45,647 nt of DNA from Gemmatimonadota bacterium (GCA_003221005.1 QHTZ01000097.1:1-45647), one strand, 5' to 3'; counted from the first letter of the stretch, positions 18,472-28,257 are shown. Program-made: numbers and translations. Notes: generated by a model from the sequence alone, not told the origin.

Positions 18472-19981
18472 AATCTCCCGCGTTCTCGTCGCGAACCGCG
18501 GCGAGATCGCCCTCCGCATCATCCGCGCCTGCCACGAGGAGCGGCTCGAGGCGGTCGCGGTCTACTCCCAGGCTGATCGCCTCTCGCCGCACGTGCGCGC
18601 GGCGGAGCTCGCGGTGCCGATCGGGCCCGCGCCGGCGGTCGATTCGTACCTGAACATGGGCAGGCTGATCGAAGCCGCGAGGTCCACCGGTTGCCAGGCG
18701 ATCCATCCGGGATACGGATTCCTTTCGGAGCGGGCGCCGTTCGCCGATGCCGTCGCCCGCGCGGGCCTCGTGTTCATCGGGCCCCCGGCCGCCGCGATCG
18801 TGGCGATGGGGGACAAGACGGAGGCGCGGCGCCGCATGCAGGCCGCCGGGGTGCCTATTGTGCCCGGTACGACCCAGGCCGTTTCGGACGCGAAGCGGGC
18901 CCGCTACGAGGCCACGCGGCTCGGCTTTCCGGTGCTGCTGAAGGCTGTGGCCGGGGGTGGCGGCAAGGGGATGCGTCTGGTGCACGAGCCCGCGGAGCTC
19001 GAAGCCGCCTTCCAGGCTGCGCAGGGTGAGGCGTTGCGAGCGTTCGGAGCGGGCGACGTCTACGTCGAGAAGTACCTCCAGCGTCCGCGCCACGTCGAGA
19101 TTCAGGTGCTCGCCGACACGCACGGCCGGGTGGTGGCGCTGGGCGAGCGCGAGTGCAGCATCCAGCGCCGTCACCAGAAACTGATCGAGGAGGCGCCGTC
19201 CGTGGCGTTGTCGCCCGCGCTGCGGCGGCGCATGAGCGAGGCGGCCACGGCCGCCGCCGGGTCCGTCGGCTACGTGGGCGCCGGCACCATCGAGTTCTTG
19301 CTCGGCCCTGGTGGGGAATTCCATTTCCTCGAGATGAACACCCGCCTGCAGGTGGAGCACCCGGTCACCGAGCTCGTGTATGGCGTGGACATTGTGCGCG
19401 AGCAGCTGCGCATCGCAGCGGGGAAGCCGATGCGCGTGCACGCTGGCACACTGAACCCGCGGGGACATGCCATCGAATGCCGCATCACGTCCGAAGACCC
19501 GTTCAACGACTTCCTCCCCGCGACGGGCGTGCTGCGCTACCTGCGCGTGCCGAGCGGCCCGGGGGTGCGCTGGGATGGGGGGGTCGAGCAAGGGAACGAG
19601 GTCACGCTGTTCTACGATCCGCTGATCGCGAAGCTGATCGTGTGGGGTGACACGCGGGAGATCGCCATCCAGCGGATGCGGCGCGCGTTGCGGGAGCTCG
19701 TGATCGTGGGGCTGCCGACCTCGCAGGCCTTCCACCTGCGGGTCATGGAGGAGCCTACGTTCCAGCGCGGCGAGCTGGATATCACGTACCTGGAGCGCGT
19801 TGGTCCGGCGCTGCTGGCGCCGGAGCCGCGCGCCGAGGTGGTCCGGCCGCTCGCGGTCGTAGCGGCGCTGCTCGCAGAAGAGCAGCGCGCTGCAGCCGTG
19901 CCGCCTCCTCTGTCCGACCGTCCGACGGTCCGTCCGTCCGGCTGGGTGGACGCGGCGGTGCGGGAAGGGTTGCGCGAGTGA
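18464..19981 (+). CDS. accC: Biotin carboxylase subunit of acetyl/propionyl-CoA carboxylase
   Basis: VLVANRGEIALR, IHPGYGFLSE, GGGGKGMR, ERECSIQRRHQK, EMNTRLQVEHPVTE, YDPLIAKLI. Confidence 0.94.
   Translation: MAEISRVLVANRGEIALRIIRACHEERLEAVAVYSQADRLSPHVRAAELAVPIGPAPAVDSYLNMGRLIEAARSTGCQAIHPGYGFLSERAPFADAVARAGLVFIGPPAAAIVAMGDKTEARRRMQAAGVPIVPGTTQAVSDAKRARYEATRLGFPVLLKAVAGGGGKGMRLVHEPAELEAAFQAAQGEALRAFGAGDVYVEKYLQRPRHVEIQVLADTHGRVVALGERECSIQRRHQKLIEEAPSVALSPALRRRMSEAATAAAGSVGYVGAGTIEFLLGPGGEFHFLEMNTRLQVEHPVTELVYGVDIVREQLRIAAGKPMRVHAGTLNPRGHAIECRITSEDPFNDFLPATGVLRYLRVPSGPGVRWDGGVEQGNEVTLFYDPLIAKLIVWGDTREIAIQRMRRALRELVIVGLPTSQAFHLRVMEEPTFQRGELDITYLERVGPALLAPEPRAEVVRPLAVVAALLAEEQRAAAVPPPLSDRPTVRPSGWVDAAVREGLRE
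19912..19943 (+). repeat. Octamer tandem array in the 3' end of accC
   Basis: GTCCGACC GTCCGACG GTCCGTCC GTCCGGCT, encoding SDRPTVRPSG. Confidence 0.85.
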
Positions 19982-21219
19982 GCGAGGTCGTCACGATCGC
20001 CGGGATCGCCGTCGGGGGCGACGGGGTGGGGCGGTTGGCGGACGGCCGAGCTGTATTCGTGCCGCGCACCGCGCCGGGAGATCGCGTGGCGCTGCAGCGC
20101 GGCGTAAAGCTCCATCGCAGCTTCGCGCGCGGCGACGTCGCCGAAGTTGTGGCGCCCGGGCCGGCGCGAGTGACGCCGCCCTGTCCCCACTTCGTGCACG
20201 ATCGCTGCGGCGGTTGCCAGTTGCAGCAGCTCGCCTATGACGCCCAACTCGCGGCGAAGCGTGCTCTCGTGGGCGATGCGCTGCGGCGTATCGGGAAGCT
20301 CGACTGCGGCGATCCGGAGATCGTCGAAGCGATCGCCGAGTGGCGCTATCGGGCAAGCATACGCCTCGCCGTCAAACCCGTCGGACGGTCGGACAGTCGA
20401 ACGGTCGGACTGCATCCGTACGATCGGCCGGGGTCCGTCTTCCCCCTCGGGGACTGTCACATCGCAGACTTCCGGCTCATGGCGCTGTGGCGAGACTTGA
20501 AGCAACACCTCGACCTCCTGCCGCCACGGCTCGCAGGGCTCACGCTGCGGCTCGATCGGGAAGGGCGTCGCCACGTGGTCGCGGAGTCCGCGGGCGAGCC
20601 GTGGCAATCGGCCGAGGCGCTGCGAGCCGCGCTGCCCGACGGGGCAGGCGTCATCTGCTGGTGGCAGCCAGTGGACGGCGCCGCGCGGGTCGTGGCCGGG
20701 CCTCGCACCGGGTTTCCCGCCACCGCCTTCGAGCAGGCGAACCCCGAGATGGGCGCGCTCGCGCGCGCTTGGGCGGTGGAGCAGCTGGGCGAGCTCCGCG
20801 GTGCGCTCGTGTGGGACCTGTACGGCGGCATCGGCGACATGGCGGCGCTGCTCGCCGGCCGCGGGGCGCAAGTGGTGAGCGTGGACGCGGACGAGCACGC
20901 CGTCGACTGGGCCCGGAGCAGCTCCGGCGCGGGTGCGGTGCGCTTCATCGCGGCGCGGGCAGAGGACGTGCTTCCCACGCTCCCCGACCCGGTCGCCGTG
21001 GTGCTGAGCCCGCCGCGCGCCGGGCTGCACTGGAATGTCACACTGCGTCTCCGGGAGCGGCCGGTGAGCCGCGTGGCGTACCTCGGTTCCGACCCCGCCA
21101 CCCTCGCCCGCGACCTGCAGCGCCTGAGCGTGAACTACCGGCTCAGCGCGATCCGGGCGTTCGACCTGCACCCGCAGACGGCGGAGGTGGAGACGGTGGC
21201 CGTGCTGGAGGGCGTGTGA
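19978..21219 (+). CDS. rlmD: RlmD/TrmA-family RNA uracil-C5 methyltransferase homolog (TRAM + Fe-S motif), catalytic Cys absent
   Basis: TRAM N-terminus, CPHFVHDRCGGC, FEQAN, DLYGGIG, SPPRAG, YLGSDPATLARD, FDLHPQTAEVE. Confidence 0.85.
   Translation: MSEVVTIAGIAVGGDGVGRLADGRAVFVPRTAPGDRVALQRGVKLHRSFARGDVAEVVAPGPARVTPPCPHFVHDRCGGCQLQQLAYDAQLAAKRALVGDALRRIGKLDCGDPEIVEAIAEWRYRASIRLAVKPVGRSDSRTVGLHPYDRPGSVFPLGDCHIADFRLMALWRDLKQHLDLLPPRLAGLTLRLDREGRRHVVAESAGEPWQSAEALRAALPDGAGVICWWQPVDGAARVVAGPRTGFPATAFEQANPEMGALARAWAVEQLGELRGALVWDLYGGIGDMAALLAGRGAQVVSVDADEHAVDWARSSSGAGAVRFIAARAEDVLPTLPDPVAVVLSPPRAGLHWNVTLRLRERPVSRVAYLGSDPATLARDLQRLSVNYRLSAIRAFDLHPQTAEVETVAVLEGV
20380..20411 (-). repeat. Octamer tandem array inside the rlmD-like gene, reverse complement of the accC array
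   Basis: GTCGGACG GTCGGACA GTCGAACG GTCGGACT on the + strand, encoding VGRSDSRTVG. Confidence 0.85.
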
Positions 21220-21740
21220 AGTACTTCGTCCGCATCGCCGACCTGCCGCAGATCCTCGAGGTGGAGGTCGAGGGAGGACGGGTGAGTGTCGCGGGGGCGC
21301 CGTATGAGGCTCATCTCGCGGCCGTGCCCGGGACGCCCCTCTACCACCTGTTGCTCGCGGGCGAGTCGTGGACCGTGGCGGCGCAGCCGGGCGAGGGAAT
21401 TGGCCGGTGGACGTTGGGGGTGGTGGGGGAGCGCATCGAGGTGGAAGCCGTGGACGAGCGGACCCGGCACGTCCAGGAGCTGACCGGACGGCGGCCCGTG
21501 CGCGCCGCCTCAGGGACGATCCAGGCGCCGATGCCAGGGCTCGTCGTGCGCGTCGCCGTGACGGAGGGGCAGCGCGTGGAAGCAGGGGCGGAGCTCGTCG
21601 TGGTGGAGGCCATGAAGATGGAAAACCAGCTACGCGCACCGCGCGCCGGCGTCGTCGCGAAGGTGCACGTCGCGGTGGGAGAGGCGGTCGAAAAAGGGGC
21701 CCCGCTCGTAACCGTCGAAAGCCCGGAACTTTCAGGTTGA
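21216..21740 (+). CDS. Biotin carboxyl carrier protein with N-terminal BT-like extension
   Basis: APMPGLVVRV...EAMKMENQL biotinylation motif; GTGA overlap with the upstream gene. Confidence 0.92.
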   Translation: MKYFVRIADLPQILEVEVEGGRVSVAGAPYEAHLAAVPGTPLYHLLLAGESWTVAAQPGEGIGRWTLGVVGERIEVEAVDERTRHVQELTGRRPVRAASGTIQAPMPGLVVRVAVTEGQRVEAGAELVVVEAMKMENQLRAPRAGVVAKVHVAVGEAVEKGAPLVTVESPELSG

Positions 21741-21766
21741 CAGGGCGTTACGGGCCATGGTATTGT
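21737..21766 (+). promoter_or_regulatory. Sigma-70-type promoter for the rplM operon
   Basis: TTGACA (21737-42), 18-nt spacer ending TGG, TATTGT (21761-66); 35 nt upstream of rplM. Confidence 0.7.
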
Positions 21767-21800
21767 TTCCGGCTGGCAGATTTTCGGGTCACGTGAGGAC

Positions 21801-22244
21801 ATGAAAACATTCACGCTCAAGCCGCAAGACATTGTGCGCCGCTGGTTCTTGGTGGATGCTGCCGGGCAGCCGCTCGGCCGGCTCGCGAGCCGTGTCGCGC
21901 AGATTTTGCGCGGTAAGCACAAGCCGACTTTCACGCCGCATGTGAACGGGGGAGACTGCGTCATCGTCGTGAACGCGGAGCGGGTCAAGCTCACGGGCCG
22001 GAAGCTTGAGCAGAAGCGCTATTTCCACCACACCGGTTACATGGGGCACGAGCGTTTCACGCCGCTCAAGACGCTGCTCGCGAAGCACCCCGAGCGCGTG
22101 ATCGAAAAGGCTGTGTGGGGCATGCTGCCGAAGACGACGCTGTCGCGCCAGAAGGTGAAGCAGATGCTCAAGGTGTACGCAGGGCCGGCGCATCCGCACG
22201 CGGCGCAGCAGCCCGAGCCCTTGGCGATCACGGAGGTCGGATGA
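21801..22244 (+). CDS. rplM: 50S ribosomal protein L13
   Basis: WFLVDA...LGRLAS...LRGKHKPTFTPH, GMLPK, HPHAAQQP. Confidence 0.98.
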   Translation: MKTFTLKPQDIVRRWFLVDAAGQPLGRLASRVAQILRGKHKPTFTPHVNGGDCVIVVNAERVKLTGRKLEQKRYFHHTGYMGHERFTPLKTLLAKHPERVIEKAVWGMLPKTTLSRQKVKQMLKVYAGPAHPHAAQQPEPLAITEVG

Positions 22245-22645
22245 GCGCGATCACGCCGGAGCTGCGTTGGCATGCCATCGGCCGGCGCAAGGTGAGCGTG
22301 GCGCGCGTGTACCTCACACCGGGCTCGGGCAAGTGGAACATCAACCGGCGCACGCTCGGCGACTACTTCCCCCGCCCGTCGCTGGTGTCGCACATCCAGC
22401 AACCGTTCACTGCCACCGACACGCTGGGGGCCTTCGACGTGCGCGCCATCGTCGCCGGTGGGGGGCTGACGGGACAAGCGGGGGCGCTCCGGATGGCGAT
22501 CGGCCGTGCGCTCGTCCTCGCGGACGAGCGACACCGCCGCAAGCTGCGCGAGCAGGGTTTGTTGACCCGCGATCCGCGCGTGGTCGAGCGCAAAAAGCCG
22601 GGGCGCGCCGGTGCGCGGAAGCGGTTCCAGTTCTCGAAGCGTTAG
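22241..22645 (+). CDS. rpsI: 30S ribosomal protein S9
   Basis: GRRK..VARV, GGGLTGQAGA, LTRDPRVVERKKPG...QFSKR; ATGA overlap with rplM. Confidence 0.98.
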   Translation: MSAITPELRWHAIGRRKVSVARVYLTPGSGKWNINRRTLGDYFPRPSLVSHIQQPFTATDTLGAFDVRAIVAGGGLTGQAGALRMAIGRALVLADERHRRKLREQGLLTRDPRVVERKKPGRAGARKRFQFSKR

Positions 22646-22675
22646 CCGACAGCGCAGTCTCCAGAAAGGAAGGGC

Positions 22676-23504
22676 ATGCCGCAGCCACAGCTGCAGGATC
22701 TCCTCGAAGCCGGGGTTCACTTCGGCCACCAGACACGCCGGTGGAACCCCAAGATGCGCCGCTTCATCTTCGCCGAACGCTCCGGGATCTACATCATCGA
22801 CCTCCAGAAGACCCTGCGCCAGCTCGAGGCGGCCCAGGACCTGCTCCGGGGCGTGGTGCTGCGGGGCGAGGGAGTGCTGTTCGTCTGCACGAAGCGGCAG
22901 CTCAAGCTCATCATCCAGGGGGAGGCGCAGCGCTGCGGGTCGTTCTACGTGACGGAGCGGTGGCTGGGCGGCACGCTCACCAACTTCCAGACCATCAAGC
23001 GCCAGATCAAGCGACTGAAGGAGCTCGAGCAGGGGGCGGCGGACGGGGAATTCGGGAACTACACGAAGAAGGAGCAGCTGCTGTTCGACCGGGAACGCGT
23101 CAAGCTCGACAAGTATCTCTCCGGGATCAAGAACATGAACCGGCTGCCCGGGGCGTTGTTCGTGGTGGATGCAAAGAAGGAGCGGATCGCGGTGGCGGAA
23201 GCGAACAAGCTGGGGATCGCGGTCGTCGCGATCGTGGACACCAACGCCGATCCCGATCTGATCACCGTGCCCGTCCCGGGGAACGACGACGCGATCCGGG
23301 CGGTCTCGCTGATCACCGGGGTGATCTCGGACGTGATCACGGAAGCGCGCCGCCAGTCCCCGCTGCGCGAGGCAGCGGGAGGGGGACCGCAAGCGGAAGC
23401 CGGCGCGGCGCAAGCGGCGGCCCAAGCCCGAGGCGATCGCCGCGCGGCTCAAGACCGAAGAGACTCCGGCTCCGGCGGAATCGAGCGGTGGGGGCGAAGG
23501 CTAG
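22676..23504 (+). CDS. rpsB: 30S ribosomal protein S2, with an apparent frameshift near 23375 in the C-terminal tail
   Basis: LLEAGVHFGHQTRRWNPKM, RWLGGTLTNF, DTNADPD, PGNDDAIR. After about 23375 the plausible tail (GDRKRKPARRKRRPKPEAIAARLKTEE...) is in the +1 frame and stops at TAG 23502-04, just before a terminator. Confidence 0.92.
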
Positions 23505-23533
23505 CTGCCCGGCTCCCGATGCGATCTCACCAC

Positions 23534-23573
23534 CGCCGCCCTCCAGCCCCACGGCGTGAGGGCGGCGTTTTTT
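23534..23573 (+). terminator. Intrinsic terminator/attenuator between rpsB and tsf
   Basis: CGCCGCCCTC...GAGGGCGGCG 10-bp stem followed by TTTTTT. Confidence 0.8.
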
Positions 23574-23587
23574 GTGAGGAGTGAAGG

Positions 23588-24196
23588 GTGTCGAGCGTGA
23601 AAGAGATTCCGGCAAAGCTGGTGGCCGAGCTGCGCGCCCGCACGGGCGCGGGGATGATGGACTGCAAGAAGGCACTCGAGGAGACGGGCGGTGATCTCGA
23701 GAAGGCCGTCGAGCTGCTCCGCAAAAAGAGCATCGCGAAGGCCGACAAGCGGGCGGGCCGCCAAGTCGCCGAAGGACTGATCGAATCCTATGTGCACTTC
23801 AACGGTCGGGTCGCGGTCCTCGTCGAAGTGAACTGCGAGACGGACTTCGTGGCCCGGACGGAAGCGTTCCGCCAGCTCGCCAAGGACCTGGCCCTGCAAA
23901 TTGCGTCCGCGGCGCCGCTCGCGGTGCGGATCGAGGATCTCCCCGCCGAGGTGGTAGACAGCGAGCGACGCATCTACGAGGCCCAGGTCCTCGAGCAAAA
24001 GAAGCCCGAGAACATTCGCGCCAAGATCGTGGACGGCATGCTGAAGAAGTTCTACGAGGAGCGGGTGCTGCTCGAGCAGCCGTTCGTCAAGGACGACAAG
24101 CGCAGGGTGGGCGATCTCGTGAAGGCGCTCGCGGCTCAGACGGGCGAGAACATCCAGGTGCGCCGGTTCGCCCGGTTCGAGCTGGGAGGGAGCTGA
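23588..24196 (+). CDS. tsf: Elongation factor Ts (short form)
   Basis: [45 protein letters not shown]. Confidence 0.97.
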   Translation: MSSVKEIPAKLVAELRARTGAGMMDCKKALEETGGDLEKAVELLRKKSIAKADKRAGRQVAEGLIESYVHFNGRVAVLVEVNCETDFVARTEAFRQLAKDLALQIASAAPLAVRIEDLPAEVVDSERRIYEAQVLEQKKPENIRAKIVDGMLKKFYEERVLLEQPFVKDDKRRVGDLVKALAAQTGENIQVRRFARFELGGS

Positions 24197-24982
24197 GTGC
24201 CGCCGTCTCGCGCCCCCGCCCCCGCTTCAGCCCCCGCCGCTGCTCCCGCCCCCGCGGCGGCGCCGAAGCTGGCCTACGGGCGCGCGCTCCTGAAGATTTC
24301 CGGAGAAGCCTTCACCGGCAGCCGTGCCGGGGGCGCCAGCGGGATCGACTTCGGCGTCATCGAGCGGCTGACGGACGAGCTGAAAACGGTCGCGGCGATG
24401 GGCGTGCAGCTCGGCCTCGTCGTCGGTGGGGGTAACATCATGCGGGGCGCGGCGGCGAGCCAGCAGGGGGTGGACCGGGTCTCCGCGGACTACATGGGGA
24501 TGCTGGCGACTGTGATCAACGCGCTCGCCCTTCAGGACATCCTCGAGAAGAAGGGGGTCGATACGCGGGTAATGACGGCGATCCGGATGGAGGAGCTTGC
24601 CGAGCCGTACATCCGGCGCCGCGCGGTGCGGCATCTGGAAAAGGGCCGCATGGTGATCTGCGCGGGCGGGACCGGCAACCCGTACTTCTCGACCGACACG
24701 GCGGCGGTGCTGCGGGCCCTCGAGATCGAAGCGCAGGTGTTGCTGAAGGCGACGAACGTCGACGGCATCTACACCGCCGACCCGAAGCGGGATGCGAACG
24801 CGAAGTTCCTGCCCACGCTCTCCTTCCAGGATGCGATCGTGAACGGCTACGCGGTGATGGACGCGAACGCGTTCGGGCTCTGCAAGGAAAATCGCTTGCC
24901 GATTGTGGTGTTCAACATCAACCAGCCCGGCGCGACCGCCAGAGTGCTGGCGGGCGAGCGCGTCGGCACCCTCGTGCAATGA
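24197..24982 (+). CDS. pyrH: UMP kinase
   Basis: [36 protein letters not shown]; Pro/Ala-rich N-terminal extension. Confidence 0.96.
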   Translation: MPPSRAPAPASAPAAAPAPAAAPKLAYGRALLKISGEAFTGSRAGGASGIDFGVIERLTDELKTVAAMGVQLGLVVGGGNIMRGAAASQQGVDRVSADYMGMLATVINALALQDILEKKGVDTRVMTAIRMEELAEPYIRRRAVRHLEKGRMVICAGGTGNPYFSTDTAAVLRALEIEAQVLLKATNVDGIYTADPKRDANAKFLPTLSFQDAIVNGYAVMDANAFGLCKENRLPIVVFNINQPGATARVLAGERVGTLVQ

Positions 24983-25530
24983 CCCTCCCGGATCACAGCA
25001 AGCACGCCAAGCTCCTCATGGACAAGGCGGTGGAGGCGGTGAAGCGCGAGTTCGCGACCGTGCGGACCGGGAAGGCGACGACCGCGTTGCTCGATCTCGT
25101 CCGGGTCGAGGCATACGGCAACGAGATGCCGCTGAACCAAGTCGCCAGCGTCGCCGCGCCGGAGCCAAAGCTCCTCACCATTCAGCCGTGGGACCGCAGT
25201 CTCATGAAGGCCGTCGAGAAGGCGATCCTCGCGTCCGACCTCGGCCTGACGCCGTCGAACGACGGGCAGATCATCCGCATTCCGCTGCCGCCGCTCACCG
25301 AAGAGCGCCGCAAAGAGCTGGTGAAGGTGGTGCACCGGTTCGCCGAAGAAGGGCGCGTGGCGATCCGCCACGCGCGCACCGAAGGGATCAACAAGATCAA
25401 GAAAACTGAGCACGTCTCCGACGACGAGAAGAAGCACGCCGAGAAGGATGTGCAGAAGCTGCACGACGAGCACATGAAACAGATCGATGACGTCCTGAAG
25501 GGCAAGGAGTCAGAGATCCTCGAGGTTTGA
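24979..25530 (+). CDS. frr: Ribosome recycling factor
   Basis: [33 protein letters not shown]. Confidence 0.97.
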   Translation: MTLPDHSKHAKLLMDKAVEAVKREFATVRTGKATTALLDLVRVEAYGNEMPLNQVASVAAPEPKLLTIQPWDRSLMKAVEKAILASDLGLTPSNDGQIIRIPLPPLTEERRKELVKVVHRFAEEGRVAIRHARTEGINKIKKTEHVSDDEKKHAEKDVQKLHDEHMKQIDDVLKGKESEILEV

Positions 25531-26273
25531 GCGTGCCAGACGACTTGCTCGACCGGATCCGCCTCAACGGCGCCGTTCCGCACCACGTCGCGATCATCAT
25601 GGACGGGAACGGACGCTGGGCGCGGGAGCGGCACCTGCCGCGCCCGCTGGGACACCGGGCGGGGATGAAGGCAGTGCGGGATGTCGTGGAAGGAGCGATC
25701 GCGGCGGGGATGGAGGTCCTCACCCTGTTCGCGTTCTCGGAGGAGAACTGGCAGCGTCCCACGAGCGAGGTGTCGGCGCTGATGGAGCTGCTGGAGGAGT
25801 ACATCGCCCGGGAGGCGGCCGAGTTGCGGGAGCAAGGCGTCGCTGTGCACGTGCTGGGCGACCGCACCCGGCTCGTCCCCGGGGCGGGGGAAGCGGTCGA
25901 GCGGGTGGAGCGCGAGACGCGGGACGGCCGCGCCCTGTCCTTGAACCTGTGCATCTCGTACTCGTCACGTGCCGAGCTGGCCCGCGCGGCGCGGCTGCTC
26001 GCCGAGGACGTCCTGCGGGGCGCAAAGCGGCTCGAGGACGTGGACGAGGACGCGGTGCGCGAGAAGCTCTACACCGCGCCGTGGCGGGACCCAGACCTGC
26101 TGATCCGGACCTCCGGCGAACAGCGCCTCTCCAACTTCCTGCTGTGGCAGCTCGCCTACACGGAGTTGTACATCACGCCGGTCCTCTGGCCGGACGTGAC
26201 GCGCCAGGTGTTGTTCGAAGCGATCCTCGACTACCAGCAGCGCGAACGGCGCTTCGGCAACGTGACCGCGTGA
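25527..26273 (+). CDS. uppS: Undecaprenyl diphosphate synthase
   Basis: HVAIIMDGNGRWA, FAFSEENWQRP, DPDLLIRTSGEQRLSNFLLWQ; TTG start. Confidence 0.96.
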   Translation: MSVPDDLLDRIRLNGAVPHHVAIIMDGNGRWARERHLPRPLGHRAGMKAVRDVVEGAIAAGMEVLTLFAFSEENWQRPTSEVSALMELLEEYIAREAAELREQGVAVHVLGDRTRLVPGAGEAVERVERETRDGRALSLNLCISYSSRAELARAARLLAEDVLRGAKRLEDVDEDAVREKLYTAPWRDPDLLIRTSGEQRLSNFLLWQLAYTELYITPVLWPDVTRQVLFEAILDYQQRERRFGNVTA

Positions 26274-27133
26274 TTTCCCGCAATCTGGTGGTGCGGATCG
26301 CGTTCGCGGTGCCGGCGATCGCCGTGGCGCTTGTGGTCGTGTGGTACGGGGGGTGGGTCCTCGCCGCGCTGCTCGGCGGGCTCGGCGTGCTGGGGGCGCG
26401 GGAGGTGTACGACTTCGCCCGCCGCCAGGGCATTGTGCCCCTCAGTGCCCTCGGGTACGTGGGCGCCGCCACGATTCCCTTCGCCGCGTTCTGGGCGAAG
26501 CAATCGGAGCTGCACTGGGCCGAGCCGCTGGTCTTCCTCTCGGCCCTGTGGCTGATTGCGGTCCTGGTGGCGGCGCTGGTGTTCCGCGGGCCGGACCGCC
26601 GGCCCCTCACCGCCGTCGCCGTGACCGTGTTCGGCTGCCTCTACGCGTCCGCTCTGATCGCCTTCATCGTCCCGATCCGCCACGGCACGCACAGCGACGC
26701 GCACCCGCTCGCGTCGACGGCGCTCGTCGGACTACCTCTCGTGGTCACCTGGACGTGCGATACCTGCGCGATGACCGCAGGGGCGGTGTTCGGGGGCCCG
26801 AAGCTCACGCCGGTGCTCTCGCCTCACAAGACGTGGGCGGGAGCCATCGGCGGCGTGATCGGCGCTCTGGTCGCCGCCCTCGCGTACGGACCGCTGGTGC
26901 TGGACCGCGTGGCGCTGCACCTCGGCACACCGCGGCTCATCGTCGTCGGGCTGACCGTCGCGATCGCGGCGCAAGTAGGCGACGCCGCCGAATCGCTGCT
27001 CAAGCGCGAGGCCGGGGTCAAAGACTCCTCGTCCCTGATCCCCGGCCACGGCGGTATGCTCGACCGGCTCGACTCGCTGTACTTCGTCGTCCCCGTGAGC
27101 GCGGGTCTGTTCCGCCTGTTCGGCGTCGTATGA
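26270..27133 (+). CDS. cdsA: Phosphatidate cytidylyltransferase
   Basis: Polytopic membrane protein; SPHKTWAG, GDAAESLLKREAGVKDSSSLIPGHGGMLDRLDS. Confidence 0.95.
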   Translation: MISRNLVVRIAFAVPAIAVALVVVWYGGWVLAALLGGLGVLGAREVYDFARRQGIVPLSALGYVGAATIPFAAFWAKQSELHWAEPLVFLSALWLIAVLVAALVFRGPDRRPLTAVAVTVFGCLYASALIAFIVPIRHGTHSDAHPLASTALVGLPLVVTWTCDTCAMTAGAVFGGPKLTPVLSPHKTWAGAIGGVIGALVAALAYGPLVLDRVALHLGTPRLIVVGLTVAIAAQVGDAAESLLKREAGVKDSSSLIPGHGGMLDRLDSLYFVVPVSAGLFRLFGVV

Positions 27134-28257
27134 GCGTCGGCGTCGCGGTCCTGGGCTCCACCGGCTCGATCGGGTGCTCAGCGCTGCAGGTGCTCGCGCG
27201 CCAGCGCGATCGCTTCCGCGTGGTGGCCCTGACGGCCCACTCCAACGCCGAGCTGCTCGAGCGTCAGGCCGCGGAGTGGCGGCCAGCATACGTCGGGATC
27301 GTCAACGGGGGGAAAGGCGAAGCGGGACGGGGGGAGGGTGCGGCATGCCTCGTGGAAGCCGCCACGCGACCCGATGTGCGAATCGTCGTGAACGGCATCG
27401 TCGGCGCCGCCGGGCTCGAGGCGACGCTCGCCGCGCTCAAGTGCGGCAAGCGGGTGGCGCTCGCCAACAAGGAAACGCTGGTCATGGCGGGGGAGCTCGT
27501 CACGCAGGCGGCACGGCAGGGTGGCGGCGAGGTCATCCCGGTGGACTCCGAGCACTCGGCCGTGCTTCAGTGCCTGGCGGGGCGGCCGTCCGGTGAGCTC
27601 GCGCGGCTCATTCTCACCGCCTCCGGCGGGCCGTTCCGTAACTGGGCGCCCGAGCGGGTCGCAGCCGCCAGCCCGGAGGAGGCGCTGCGCCATCCGACGT
27701 GGCGCATGGGGAAGAAGATCACGGTCGATTCCGCGACGCTCGTGAACAAGGCGCTCGAGGTGATCGAGGCGCATTTCCTCTTCGACGTCACGTACGACCA
27801 GGTGGAGGTCGTCGTGCACCCCCAGTCGTTGATCCACGCGTTCGTCGAGTTCGTGGACGGCTCGGTCCTGGCTCAGGTAGGGTTCCCGACGATGGAGCTG
27901 CCGATCCTGTACGCCCTCACGCACCCCGAGCGGGTGCCCGACGGCGGCGTGCGGCGCTTCGATCCGGTGGCCGCAGCCACGCTCACGTTCGAGCCGGTGA
28001 GCGACCAGAGCTACCCCGCCTACCGCCTGGGACGGGCCGCGGCGCGGTCCGGCGGCACCGCGCCGGCGGCGTTCAACGCGGCGAACGAGGTCGCGGTGGA
28101 GCTGTTCCTCGACGGGACAATCCGGTTCGGCCGGATCGCGGAGGTGATCGACGCGGTGCTGGCGGTGCACCGACCGTCCGATGCCGGGTCGCTCGCCGAG
28201 GTGCTGGCCGCGGACGCGGACGCGCGCCGCATCGCGCGGGAGGCGGCGTGCTCCTGA
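27130..28257 (+). CDS. dxr: 1-deoxy-D-xylulose-5-phosphate reductoisomerase
   Basis: LGSTGSIG, LANKETLV, PVDSEHSA, LTASGGPFR, HPTWRMGKKITVDSATL.NK, NAANEVAV. Confidence 0.97.
   Translation: MSVGVAVLGSTGSIGCSALQVLARQRDRFRVVALTAHSNAELLERQAAEWRPAYVGIVNGGKGEAGRGEGAACLVEAATRPDVRIVVNGIVGAAGLEATLAALKCGKRVALANKETLVMAGELVTQAARQGGGEVIPVDSEHSAVLQCLAGRPSGELARLILTASGGPFRNWAPERVAAASPEEALRHPTWRMGKKITVDSATLVNKALEVIEAHFLFDVTYDQVEVVVHPQSLIHAFVEFVDGSVLAQVGFPTMELPILYALTHPERVPDGGVRRFDPVAAATLTFEPVSDQSYPAYRLGRAAARSGGTAPAAFNAANEVAVELFLDGTIRFGRIAEVIDAVLAVHRPSDAGSLAEVLAADADARRIAREAACS

Noticed and set aside
18444-20411. CRISPR array
   Set aside because: Repeats are 7-8 bp contiguous units without spacers, and there are no cas genes.
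20340-21740. 466-aa ORF as a novel biotin-carrier fusion
   Set aside because: The upstream part is an alternative frame of the rlmD-like gene; the real gene starts at GTG 21216.
23588-24196. Truncated EF-Ts (202 aa)
   Set aside because: Short EF-Ts of about 200 aa is an established form, for example in Thermus; both termini are intact.
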